Shown: positions 18,333 through 26,467 of the stretch, piece by piece
How positions within the stretch are numbered: the stretch's first letter is position 1
How the letters are laid out: the number at the start of each line of letters is the position of its first letter
From: Candidatus Kerfeldbacteria bacterium
GTDB taxonomy: Bacteria; Patescibacteriota; Patescibacteriia; SBBC01; CAIJZX01
Length of the DNA stretch: 64,000 nt
Direction of reading: 5' to 3'
Assembly (NCBI GenBank): GCA_016193315.1
Contig: JACPSJ010000001.1
Location: 91,981-155,980 of the forward strand
The notes under the pieces: model-generated
Seen by the model: the letters and a program-made list of their open reading frames with translations, nothing else
Databases searched by the model: none
What the model was told of the DNA's origin: nothing
Made by a program: the position numbers and the translations under genes

Positions 18333-18349
18333 ATACCCCCTGGGGGTAT
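18333..18349. promoter_or_regulatory. perfect 17-bp palindrome ATACCCCCTGGGGGTAT between -35 (TTGACA 18326-31) and -10; a CsoR-type operator candidate
   Basis: GC-rich TACCC...GGGTA inverted repeats are the known operator type for the CsoR family. It is positioned inside the promoter spacer of the CsoR-like gene. Confidence 0.5.
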
Positions 18350-18360
18350 ATGCTGTGTAT

Positions 18361-18612
18361 ATGCGCCGCGCGTCACGGACTATCAGTGCTAGAATTCACC
18401 GCCTCATTGGCCAGCTGCGGGCGGTCGAGGGGATGATTGTACGGAAACGCTCGTGCACGGAGATCCTCTATCAGGTCAGCGCGGTGCGGGCCGGTATCGA
18501 GCAGGTAGCGAACATCCTGTTCTTACGGGAACTCGAGCGGCTAGCCAAGACGAAGAGATGGCGCGACCCGGATTTGGCCAAGTTAATTCAATTGTACTCT
18601 CAGACCACCTAG
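18361..18612 (+). CDS. CsoR/RcnR/FrmR-family (DUF156) transcriptional repressor; probably a leaderless mRNA
   Basis: ORF track 18355 (GTG) ..18612. The ATG at 18361 lies ~7 nt after the -10. RIHRLIGQLRAVEGMIVRKRSCTEILYQVSAVRAGIEQV matches the CsoR helix bundle. Only the first Cys ligand is conserved; the His/second Cys positions are Leu/Arg. Confidence 0.7.
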   Translation: MRRASRTISARIHRLIGQLRAVEGMIVRKRSCTEILYQVSAVRAGIEQVANILFLRELERLAKTKRWRDPDLAKLIQLYSQTT

Positions 18613-18616
18613 ACTG

Positions 18617-18940
18617 ATGCCCAAAGTCATTGTTAACGACAATAATTTTTCGCCCGAGGTATTGCAAGAAGCAAATCGCCCGGTGCTAGTCGATTTTTGG
18701 GCTACCTGGTGCTATCCCTGCCGCGTTCAGGGGCCGATCGTCGATGAGCTAGCCAAAGAGTTCGGCGATAAGGTGAAGGTCGCCAAGTTAGAAGTCGATG
18801 ACAGCCCGACGACGACCATGAAGTATGGCGTCTTGTCAATTCCGACGCTGGCCATCTTTAAGGCTGGCAAACTCGTTTGGCAAGGGGTCGGGGTCCATCA
18901 GAAAAACGCGCTGGCCGCCGAGCTACAGAAACACTTATGA
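18617..18940 (+). CDS. trxA: thioredoxin with non-canonical CYPC active site
   Basis: 107 aa. DFWATWCYPCRVQGPIVDEL...GVLSIPTLAIFKAGK is a thioredoxin fold. Canonical WCGPC is WCYPC here. Confidence 0.85.
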   Translation: MPKVIVNDNNFSPEVLQEANRPVLVDFWATWCYPCRVQGPIVDELAKEFGDKVKVAKLEVDDSPTTTMKYGVLSIPTLAIFKAGKLVWQGVGVHQKNALAAELQKHL

Positions 18941-18970
18941 CGTCGGGCGATTGACCGGGCCGAGACAGCG

Positions 18971-20245
18971 GTGAAGGATAATCCATTCGAACATGCGCTG
19001 GTGCAGTTGCGTCGAGCCGCGGAACTAGGAAACATAGATCCGACGATGATCCGCCGCCTCGAGCTGCCAGAGCGGACAATCGAAGTCAGCATTCCGGTGA
19101 CGATGGACGATGGATCGCTTCGCGTCTTCCCTGGGTGGCGCGTCCAGTACAACAACGCCCGCGGACCGTACAAGGGCGGCATTCGCTATCATCCGCAGAC
19201 GAACCCCGACGAAATCAAGGCGCTGGCTTTTTGGATGACCATCAAGTGCGCGCTGCTGAATCTGCCCTATGGCGGCGGCAAAGGGGGGGTGACCGTTGAC
19301 CCGCGACTGCTGAGTCGCGGTGAACTCGAACGTCTGTCTCGTGGCTGGGTGAGGGCAATGTTCCCCAATCTTGGGCCGCAGGTTGATGTCCCGGCGCCCG
19401 ACGTTTACACCAACCCGCAGATCATGGCTTGGATGACCGATGAGTATTCACGACTGGCCGGTCGACCGACGCCGGCCGCGTTTACCGGCAAGCCGATTGA
19501 GGCCGGGGGATCTGCCGGTCGAGAGTTTTCAACCGGCCAGGGCGGGCTCGATGTGCTGACGGCGCTGATGTCGAAACTTGGCCGCGCGCCAAAAGACACC
19601 ACCGTCGCCGTTCAGGGCTTTGGTAATGTTGGCTACCACCTGGCTCGTTTGCTGCAGCGGGCCGGCTATCGCATCGTCGCCTTGTCTGATTCCAAGGGTG
19701 GCATTGAGGACAAGCGTCGTCTCGGCATGGAACCGGAGCACGTCATGACTTCAAAGCAGGCGAAGGGCATGATCGACGGGATGTATTGCATCGGCTCAGT
19801 CTGTGACTTTACCAATTATCAAGCTATTACCAATAAACAGTTGCTGGCCCTCCCGGTCGATATCCTTGTTCCGGCGGCCCTGGAAGACGCCATCACCGAA
19901 CAGAATGCCGGCGCGGTTCAGGCCAAGATCATTTTGGAAATGGCGAATGGGGCGGTGACCCCGGAGGCGGAGAACGTTTTGGTTCAGCGGCAGATAACGG
20001 TTGTGCCGGATATTCTGGCCAACGCTGGCGGCGTCGTTGGATCATATTTCGAATGGCAACAGAATTTGGCTAGCGAGCATTGGACCGAAGCTGAAGTACT
20101 TCAGCGTTTACAGTCGATGATGACCCAGGCGTTCGAACAAACCTGGTCAAAGGCCCAACAGCACCAAGTTGGCTTTCGTCTCGGCGCCTATCTGGTGGCG
20201 CTCGGGCGATTGGCGGAGGCGATGAAGCTTGACCACCCCCGCTAG
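18971..20245 (+). CDS. gdhA: glutamate dehydrogenase (Glu/Leu/Phe/Val dehydrogenase family)
   Basis: 424 aa. KGGIRYHP...PYGGGKGG catalytic motif; NAD(P)-binding GFGNVG. Confidence 0.9.
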   Translation: MKDNPFEHALVQLRRAAELGNIDPTMIRRLELPERTIEVSIPVTMDDGSLRVFPGWRVQYNNARGPYKGGIRYHPQTNPDEIKALAFWMTIKCALLNLPYGGGKGGVTVDPRLLSRGELERLSRGWVRAMFPNLGPQVDVPAPDVYTNPQIMAWMTDEYSRLAGRPTPAAFTGKPIEAGGSAGREFSTGQGGLDVLTALMSKLGRAPKDTTVAVQGFGNVGYHLARLLQRAGYRIVALSDSKGGIEDKRRLGMEPEHVMTSKQAKGMIDGMYCIGSVCDFTNYQAITNKQLLALPVDILVPAALEDAITEQNAGAVQAKIILEMANGAVTPEAENVLVQRQITVVPDILANAGGVVGSYFEWQQNLASEHWTEAEVLQRLQSMMTQAFEQTWSKAQQHQVGFRLGAYLVALGRLAEAMKLDHPR

Positions 20246-20338
20246 CGCTTCGCGCTAGGCCCCTCCTCAGCTGAGGAGGGGCAGATTGGTAAAAGTCCCC
20301 TGTGTTTGTTTCCGCTTTCTTCACCAATCATCGAAGCG

Positions 20339-20394
20339 AAAAAAGGACCCCGCCGGGTCCGGTGAAAGTGAAAGGTGCCATCAGGCTTCGGCCA
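20339..20394 (-). pseudogene. remnant copy of the 3' end (last ~12 codons, ...PTGTVAEA*) plus terminator hairpin of the 21289..21624 gene
   Basis: ~65-nt similarity to 21252-21320. The hairpin GGACCC-CGCC-GGGTCC is followed on the minus strand by T6. The upstream reading frame has no start codon. Confidence 0.4.
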
Positions 20395-20444
20395 CGGTTC
20401 CGGTCGGGGCGGCGGCTTTCGGTTTGGTTAAAAAAAGAACCGAC

Positions 20445-20969
20445 TTAGGTTGTCGGTCCGTTTGGCCGTTGTCGCTGACTCATGTCAACGCACGCGCTCG
20501 GAACGAGTTTCAGGCGGCGGACCCAGCCATACATCTGTTCACAGCGGCTGTTCCGTCCGTACTCGATATCAACGACCAGACCAGTCTGATTCTGGTAGGT
20601 GACTGCGTCACCACAGTACCACACCCCGACTGGTCCTGGCGGGTGCTGAGCCATCACCCCGGGCGGGACGGTGCTGTGACGCCACGCGGCCAGTAAAGGC
20701 AGTTGCAGCAGCCGGACGGCCGGCATCCACGAATAGTACGTGGCGATGTCCGCCGGCTCACAGACGCCGTGACAAAACCTGGCCACTTCTTCAGCGAAGT
20801 ACAGCGGCGGCTGCCATGTCTTCGGGGGCGCACCAAACAGATGCGGGAAACCCTTGGCTAAACCGTCGAGGACGCGGTTGTCATGGCAGGTGGTGACGAG
20901 TACGCGTAGCCAGAACTCCGGCTCGGCACAGATCGCCATCCAGTTTCGATACTGACGGGAACGATGCAT
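20445..20969 (-). CDS. hypothetical protein
   Basis: 174 aa. GGAGGG RBS 3 nt before the ATG. No confident domain call. Confidence 0.4.
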   Translation of the reverse strand: MHRSRQYRNWMAICAEPEFWLRVLVTTCHDNRVLDGLAKGFPHLFGAPPKTWQPPLYFAEEVARFCHGVCEPADIATYYSWMPAVRLLQLPLLAAWRHSTVPPGVMAQHPPGPVGVWYCGDAVTYQNQTGLVVDIEYGRNSRCEQMYGWVRRLKLVPSACVDMSQRQRPNGPTT

Positions 20970-21251
20970 GAGCCCTCCAGGAGAGTGGTTGGGTTCGAAA
21001 GTGCGAAATCACCGGACAATATCAAGCTGTGGCTAATCTGTCAAATCATCTTCATTGTTTTCCCCGAGCCGTCGTTCCTCTTAACCGCTAGCGGGGCGTC
21101 AAGATAATTACCCGCCTCCGTCCCGACGCGCTGGCGCGGTCGGGACTTCGGGTGGTTCCGCCGAAGTATTACATCGAGGCCACGGCCATACATGGCGTAG
21201 CCAGTCCGGCTACGCCGGAAGCCCGTGTCTGCCCAGCGGGAGCTGAACCAT

Positions 21252-21275
21252 AAAAAAAGACCCCGTGGGGGTCCG
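21252..21275 (-). terminator. rho-independent terminator of the 21289..21624 gene
   Basis: GACCCC-GTG-GGGGTC hairpin then T7 on the minus strand. Confidence 0.55.
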
Positions 21276-21288
21276 GTGGAAGTTGGCA

Positions 21289-21624
21289 TCAGCCTTCGGC
21301 CACGGTGCCAGTACTGGCGCGGGCCGCAGGCTGCGCCTGACGCGGCGGGAGATCGACTTCGATGTCGGCGACCGCGCCGATGAGGCAGTCGGTGTACGAC
21401 TTCCCACGGCGTTCCCGAGCCAGGGCAGCCAGCTGGTCGGCCACCTCGCGTGCGTGCTGACTGGGGATCTTGGTCACCCTCAGAAGAATGATCAGCTCGC
21501 CCAGCCGATCCAGGGCCATCCACACGCTCGCTGCCGGAGCTTCGTCGGCCAGATTACACACTTCCCTGATCCGCTCGACGATCGCTTCGTGAAACGGCTT
21601 CTTCGGCTTCCGCTCGGCGGTCAT
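21289..21624 (-). CDS. hypothetical protein (~111 aa; start trimmed to MTAERKPKK, which has RBS GAGGAGG)
   Basis: The ORF track extends to 21852. The internal ATG at 21624 is preceded by GAGGAGGAACCA. C-terminus ...STGTVAEG. No recognisable domain. Confidence 0.45.
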   Translation of the reverse strand: MTAERKPKKPFHEAIVERIREVCNLADEAPAASVWMALDRLGELIILLRVTKIPSQHAREVADQLAALARERRGKSYTDCLIGAVADIEVDLPPRQAQPAARASTGTVAEG

Positions 21625-21729
21625 TGGTTCCTCCTCGAATGAACGTGGATTTGTTTCGGTGGGCTGATGTTTCCTATCATAGTTCTTGAGGATTGTCAAC
21701 CGCAAGCACCATGGTGATGGATAGATGGT

Positions 21730-21765
21730 AAAAAAAAGAAACTCCGCACTACGTCGAGTGCGGAG
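21730..21765 (-). terminator. rho-independent terminator (minus strand)
   Basis: CTCCGCACT-ACGTCG-AGTGCGGAG hairpin followed on the minus strand by TTTCTTTTTTTT. Confidence 0.5.
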
Positions 21766-21879
21766 TAAAGGGCCCAGCTGGTGTGGGCGATCTGGATCAA
21801 GAAACGGTAACTCGAGATCGACGGCCGGTCTGCCCGCAGTCGCTGCAAGCATGGCGTTCCATACCGAGGAACGAATCGC

Positions 21880-22036
21880 TCAGTAAGCTTGGTTGAGCAG
21901 TCTTGACACTGGGTCATCACCTTGTCCGTGGTGGTCCGGGTGATGCCGGAGCATGAGTCGGCGGTAGGCGGCTTGAATCGCAGCCGGCTTGGCGCTCGAT
22001 TCCAGGCCGAGGAGTTGGTAATAGGTGATCGACATG
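21880..22036 (-). CDS. truncated J-domain (DnaJ-like) small ORF, possibly a gene fragment
   Basis: MSITYYQLLGLESSAKPAAIQAAYRRLMLRHHPD... ends ~14 aa after HPD. Good RBS (GGAGGT, 4-nt spacing). Helices III-IV and everything beyond are absent. Confidence 0.35.
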
Positions 22037-22186
22037 AGACCTCCGGTAGTTGGTCGTCGACCGTCAGCAGGATGGAAGGTTCTATCAAGAAGACGTCTGG
22101 TGTGGTTGCAAGAAAAGGAAGGGAAACTAGCACATAACAAATACCCTGTCAATAGGAGGTGCAAATGCTGTCCGGACACGGCCATG

Positions 22187-22212
22187 AAAAAAGCCCAGCC
22201 TGTATGCTGGGC
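22187..22212 (-). terminator. rho-independent terminator of the 22235..23212 gene
   Basis: GCCCAGC-CTGTAT-GCTGGGC hairpin followed on the minus strand by T6. Confidence 0.5.
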
Positions 22213-22234
22213 ATAGTCGAGAAGATCGGCGCGG

Positions 22235-23212
22235 TCAGTTGGTCGTCTTGGTCCGGATGACAACCGACAGCTGTTCTCGACCGCAGTGAACGCCGGTATC
22301 AAAGAGCAAATTGATAGCTCGAAGGTGTTGCAGCGCTGGAGCGGCGTACTTGGGGAAACGACGCGCGCATCGTCCATCGACGTCCCATAGAACTGCATAG
22401 GGCTGACTAGGTCGCCGCCGTAACAACCAGCGGTAGACTTCGACGACCGGGCGCGAGAGAACCAGGGAGGTGCCATGATGCGGCATCGGCGCCCGTCGAG
22501 ACTTTGGCGGCATTGTGCGCCGGGATTTCCTTCGACGTGTCGGTTTGGCCGCCGAGGCCGGCGGTCGAGTCTTCGGTTGAGCCGGCGCCTTTGGCGCGGG
22601 TCGAGGAGGAGGTGTCGCTGGCGGACTCGGTTGGTGGTGAGCCCGAAGCCGATCAAGCAGCCCGGCCAGGGCGTCCGGAGAATCGGCGTAGAGCTTCAGG
22701 TGCCACGCTCTTCGGCTGGCGATGAAAACCTCGAAGACATAGTCGCCATGCTGGCCGAAAGGCGTTAACACCACGCCGGGCTTGATGGTCCAGGGTTCCC
22801 CGACCGCTACATTCCGGACGCCAGTCCAGGAACGAAGCTCGGCCAGTCTGACTTCCAGACCGGGCGGCAGGGCATACGGCTCGGCCGCTGATGGGTCGAC
22901 CGGGGTCTGTGCCGGCCGGGCATCATGAAATCGCTTGAACAGCCTATCCCGGACCTGATACGGATCAGCCCGGGTACTCAACCGGCAGGTGAAGAGACGT
23001 TGGCGGTCCCCGCTTGGGTAGGTGGCCTTGATGGCCACGCCAACCTCCGGTGAGCGCCAGACAACGAACTCCGGCGAGGTCCGGCCGTCGACCCTCGGCT
23101 CAGTCAAGCCTGGTTCGACCGCCGTGATGCCCGGCGAGGCGCGCAGGCGCTGGAAGAAGGCTCGACTGCCTGGGGTTTGCTGTTCCTCACGATTCGAAAT
23201 CGTGTGGTCCAT
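22235..23212 (-). CDS. hypothetical protein with a central Pro/Ala/Lys-rich linker (start trimmed to MDHTISN, which has RBS GGAGGG)
   Basis: The ORF track extends to 23350, overlapping the rnhB start on the other strand. The ATG at 23212 is preceded by GGAGGGCAA. Confidence 0.45.
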   Translation of the reverse strand: MDHTISNREEQQTPGSRAFFQRLRASPGITAVEPGLTEPRVDGRTSPEFVVWRSPEVGVAIKATYPSGDRQRLFTCRLSTRADPYQVRDRLFKRFHDARPAQTPVDPSAAEPYALPPGLEVRLAELRSWTGVRNVAVGEPWTIKPGVVLTPFGQHGDYVFEVFIASRRAWHLKLYADSPDALAGLLDRLRAHHQPSPPATPPPRPAPKAPAQPKTRPPASAAKPTRRRKSRRTMPPKSRRAPMPHHGTSLVLSRPVVEVYRWLLRRRPSQPYAVLWDVDGRCARRFPKYAAPALQHLRAINLLFDTGVHCGREQLSVVIRTKTTN

Positions 23213-23324
23213 TTGCCCTCCGTGGCTGGGGTTGAGGATTGAGAGGGACGAGAGACAGATCAATAATACCACGCTACCGCCAGTGCCAGCGACGGTGGCC
23301 AATGTGATATACTGGTTAAGCCGT

Positions 23325-23990
23325 ATGGCCAAGACAAAGCCAAACCGCAAAGAAGAACTGGCTCTCCGTCAGGCTGGTTACGAATACATCGCCGGCGTTG
23401 ACGAAGCTGGCAAGGGCGCCTGGGCCGGACCGCTGGTGGCGGCGGCGGTGATTTTGCCGGCCGATTTTTCCGTGGCCGGCGTGAACGATTCAAAAGTCCT
23501 GTCGGCGGCGCAGCGAGAAAAACTGTTCGTCCACATCACCCGTCAAGCCCTGTCCTGGGCGGTCGCGGTCGTTTCATCGCAATACATCGATCAGCACGGC
23601 ATCGTCAAGGCGAATAAGAAAGCGCTGCTTGACGCGGTCAAGAAGCTTCATCGCAAACCGGCGGCCGTGCTGGTCGACGCCGTGCCGATTAAACACGGCA
23701 AGAAGCCGGTCAAAGCGATCGTTGACGGCGACGCCAAGGTGGTGTCCATTGCCGCCGCCTCGATCGTGGCCAAGGTCGTCCGCGACACGCTGATGAACGG
23801 CGAACACCGGCTCTACCCGGAGTACGAATTCCACCGCCACAAAGGCTACGGCACCAGTCGTCATCACCAACTCCTGCTGGCGCACGGCCCGAGCCCGATT
23901 CACCGCCGCAGCTTTCGGCCGCTGAATGGGAGTTCAGTCGCCCGCCGAGTGGCCGGCCGCCGCGTCCCGATCAGGTCGTCGAAGCGCTGA
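23325..23990 (+). CDS. rnhB: ribonuclease HII
   Basis: ORF track 23022..23990. MAKTKP...YIAGVDEAGKGAWAGPLVAAAVIL at the internal ATG 23325 is the canonical RNase HII N-terminus (DEAGRG motif). Confidence 0.85.
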   Translation: MAKTKPNRKEELALRQAGYEYIAGVDEAGKGAWAGPLVAAAVILPADFSVAGVNDSKVLSAAQREKLFVHITRQALSWAVAVVSSQYIDQHGIVKANKKALLDAVKKLHRKPAAVLVDAVPIKHGKKPVKAIVDGDAKVVSIAAASIVAKVVRDTLMNGEHRLYPEYEFHRHKGYGTSRHHQLLLAHGPSPIHRRSFRPLNGSSVARRVAGRRVPIRSSKR

Positions 23991-24000
23991 TCGCCTAGCC

Positions 24001-24555
24001 ATGCCATTGCCCACCCACGTGCTCATCGAACCCCGACAGCTGATCGACCGCCTCGGCGTCAAGATCGGCATGAAGGTCGGTGACTTCGGCGTTGGCGGGG
24101 CGGCCAGCTTTGCCGTGCCGCTCGGGCAGCGGGTCGGGCCGAATGGCGAGGTGTTGATGTTTGACGTCCTCAAGTCGGCGCTGTCAGCCGCCTTGAGCTT
24201 GACGAAGATGCGCGGTTTGAACAATTGCCGGGCGGTCTGGTCGAACCTGGAAATCTTTGAAGGCGCCCGCGGCGTTCGGCCGAACAGCCTCGACGCCGGG
24301 CTGCTGGTCAACGTCCTCAATCAGACCAAGAAGTACCGGGACATGCTGGTCGAGATTCACCGGATGCTCAAGACCGGGGCCGCGCTGCTCGTCGTTGACT
24401 GGCAACCGGGGATGAATCTCAGTTTTGCGCCGACGAAGGAAGAACGGTTGGCTGTTGAACACGTCAACCAGGTCGCCAGGGAATTGGGTTTCGCCACCCT
24501 CGACCAATTTTCCGCCGGGCCGTACCACTGGGGCTTGGTCCTCGTCAAAACCTAA
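24001..24555 (+). CDS. putative SAM-dependent methyltransferase-like protein (weak)
   Basis: ORF track 23926..24555. Gly-rich VGDFGVGGAASF resembles motif I. Stop overlaps the yraN start (TAAATG). Confidence 0.35.
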   Translation: MPLPTHVLIEPRQLIDRLGVKIGMKVGDFGVGGAASFAVPLGQRVGPNGEVLMFDVLKSALSAALSLTKMRGLNNCRAVWSNLEIFEGARGVRPNSLDAGLLVNVLNQTKKYRDMLVEIHRMLKTGAALLVVDWQPGMNLSFAPTKEERLAVEHVNQVARELGFATLDQFSAGPYHWGLVLVKT

Positions 24556-24918
24556 ATGCCTTCTGAGCGACAACGGTTTGGCGCCTGGGCCGAACAGCGG
24601 GCCGAGGATTTTTTGCGCCGACGGGGCTATCGGATTCTCGACCGTCATGTCACCTCGCGATATGGAGAACTCGATCTGGTGGCGGAGCATGACGGACTGA
24701 TTGTCTTTATTGAGGTTAAAGCACGCCGGAGCGCAGCCATGGGCCAAGCGATTGAATCCGTGACCAAGAAAAAACTCGAGTCGTGGCAGCAGGCAGCCGA
24801 AACATACCTCCAGCAGAAGGATTGGCTCGAACGGCCGATACGATTCGACGTTATCACCCTGGACCACAGACGGCCCGGCACGTTAGCCATACGCCATCTT
24901 AAAGGAATCGGCGAATAG
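24556..24918 (+). CDS. yraN: YraN-family (UPF0102) endonuclease
   Basis: 120 aa. ELDLVAEHDGLIVFIEVKAR is the restriction-endonuclease-like core. Classical rnhB-yraN neighbourhood. Confidence 0.8.
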   Translation: MPSERQRFGAWAEQRAEDFLRRRGYRILDRHVTSRYGELDLVAEHDGLIVFIEVKARRSAAMGQAIESVTKKKLESWQQAAETYLQQKDWLERPIRFDVITLDHRRPGTLAIRHLKGIGE

Positions 24919-25073
24919 CCGTCGCACCGGATGGTTTTGACCTTGGTGATTTTGTGTTATCGTCAACTCACCCACACTCGTTCGGCAGGAACGACGTGGA
25001 GACGATGCACCTTCAACCTGCCCAACCACCACCGCATTGAATCCAAGCGAGGTGATGCAAAGGAGGAACAATC

Positions 25074-26411
25074 ATGTCGCTAGCCACCATCGAACTCCCG
25101 CAGCAGTTCCACCATGCGGTTGAGCACTGGCGTCGCCACTACATTCCGGACTTCGACGCGCTCATGGCGGCCTGGGATCGGTACTTCCCAAAAGACGAGC
25201 CATTCTGCCTGTGCGCGAAACTGGAACTCGGCACGTCTGAGGTCGTCACGATTGGCGATCATGCCGGTGAAAAGAAGCGCCTCAAGCCGGACGAGCTGAC
25301 CGAGGCTGAGGCCAAGCAACTCCTGGCCATCATCCGGGCTCAGGCTTCGACCGAGTTCGGCTCGATCCAGCAGCATCATGGTACCTTAGCTCGCGCCCAG
25401 GATGATGAGGATCGCTTCTGGATTCTCAGAGTGATGGCCGAGGAACTTCGCCATGGCTACCAGATGTTCCACCTGCTCCTTTCGGAAGACTGGAGCGGCG
25501 CTTCGGGAGGGACGAAGGGCGAAGACATGGTCGAGGAAGCGCTGTCGATGCAGACCGGCTCGCATGTGCTCGATGCCTTCAACCTGGATTTTGACTCTTT
25601 CCTCGACAGCCTGGTCTTTGCGGCGGTGATCGACCGGGTCGGCAAGTATCAGCTGACCATGCAGAAAGTCTGCGCCTACAAGCCGTTCGCCGATTCAATG
25701 CCGCCGATGCTGCGCGAAGAAGCGTTCCACCTGGCGGCTGGCGTGGTGCCACTCCGGCGGTGGGTCAAGCGGGCCGCCAAGGGCGATTCCCTCAACACCA
25801 TGGAAGCGGTCCAGCGGGCGATCGCCAAGTGGTATCCCCGCGGTTTGGAAATGTTCGGGGACGAGCGTGGCGGCAAGACGAACGTCGGTTATGGTTTCAA
25901 GGACATGGAGAATCGCCCGGCGCAAGATCTGTACATCGCCGAACTGGAGCGCATGCTGCGGGACCTGAACATACGTTTTATCCGCGCGCGTCACCCGGAG
26001 TGGTCGGCCGAGCAAGCTGAGCTGGCGCTCGACACGCTGCATCAGGAGCGCGTCAAGGTGGACGGTCTGCGTTTCGAGGAACTGTTGCGACTGCCCGACC
26101 GGCGGTTCTTCCGCCGCAAAGGCGAGCCAGCCTGGACGATGGTCGGTTTCGACGGCGAAGCGTTCGATGACGTCGAGGCGTACTTGCCTCACTTAGCGCG
26201 TCACCTGCCCGAAGCCTACCTCGCCAGCCGCGACATGCGGCTCTACGCTAACACACTACGGAAAGTAGTATCAGGTCAGCTGACCGCGGCCGAGGCCACC
26301 AAGGCCATGCCGAAGCTCAAACGCGTCGGCGGCGTCTGCCCATGTTCACGGGCCGTGCGGTGGGTGGTCGAGGATGAAACTTCGGAACTCAAGGATGCAC
26401 CTTCCCCCTAG
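25074..26411 (+). CDS. ferritin-like diiron-carboxylate protein of the BoxB/PaaA (phenylacetic-acid catabolic protein) type (tentative)
   Basis: 445 aa. Strong RBS AAAGGAGG. Two EXXH motifs (EELRHGYQMFH, REEAFHLAAG) spaced as in diiron oxygenase four-helix bundles. Size matches BoxB. Confidence 0.45.
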   Translation: MSLATIELPQQFHHAVEHWRRHYIPDFDALMAAWDRYFPKDEPFCLCAKLELGTSEVVTIGDHAGEKKRLKPDELTEAEAKQLLAIIRAQASTEFGSIQQHHGTLARAQDDEDRFWILRVMAEELRHGYQMFHLLLSEDWSGASGGTKGEDMVEEALSMQTGSHVLDAFNLDFDSFLDSLVFAAVIDRVGKYQLTMQKVCAYKPFADSMPPMLREEAFHLAAGVVPLRRWVKRAAKGDSLNTMEAVQRAIAKWYPRGLEMFGDERGGKTNVGYGFKDMENRPAQDLYIAELERMLRDLNIRFIRARHPEWSAEQAELALDTLHQERVKVDGLRFEELLRLPDRRFFRRKGEPAWTMVGFDGEAFDDVEAYLPHLARHLPEAYLASRDMRLYANTLRKVVSGQLTAAEATKAMPKLKRVGGVCPCSRAVRWVVEDETSELKDAPSP

Positions 26412-26435
26412 CCGAGAGGTTAGGGCTTTTCTTTA

Positions 26436-26467
26436 CCCCGCACCTTATGCGGTGCGGGGTTTCTTTG
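26436..26467 (+). terminator. rho-independent (probably bidirectional) terminator, CCCCGCACC-N6-GGTGCGGGG + TTTCTTTG
   Basis: 9-bp perfect GC-rich stem followed by a T-tract. An A-rich tract precedes it on the other side. Confidence 0.55.

Noticed and set aside
21041-21523. 160-aa minus ORF and several Arg-rich ORFs at 22475-22768
   Set aside because: They overlap better-supported genes in other frames and have extreme Arg/Pro/Gly composition characteristic of spurious ORFs in GC-rich DNA.
24184-24867. 227-aa minus-strand ORF
   Set aside because: Antisense to the methyltransferase-like gene and the conserved YraN gene. No RBS.
25695-26192. 165-aa minus ORF inside the diiron-protein gene
   Set aside because: Antisense shadow ORF of a gene with a strong RBS and conserved motifs.
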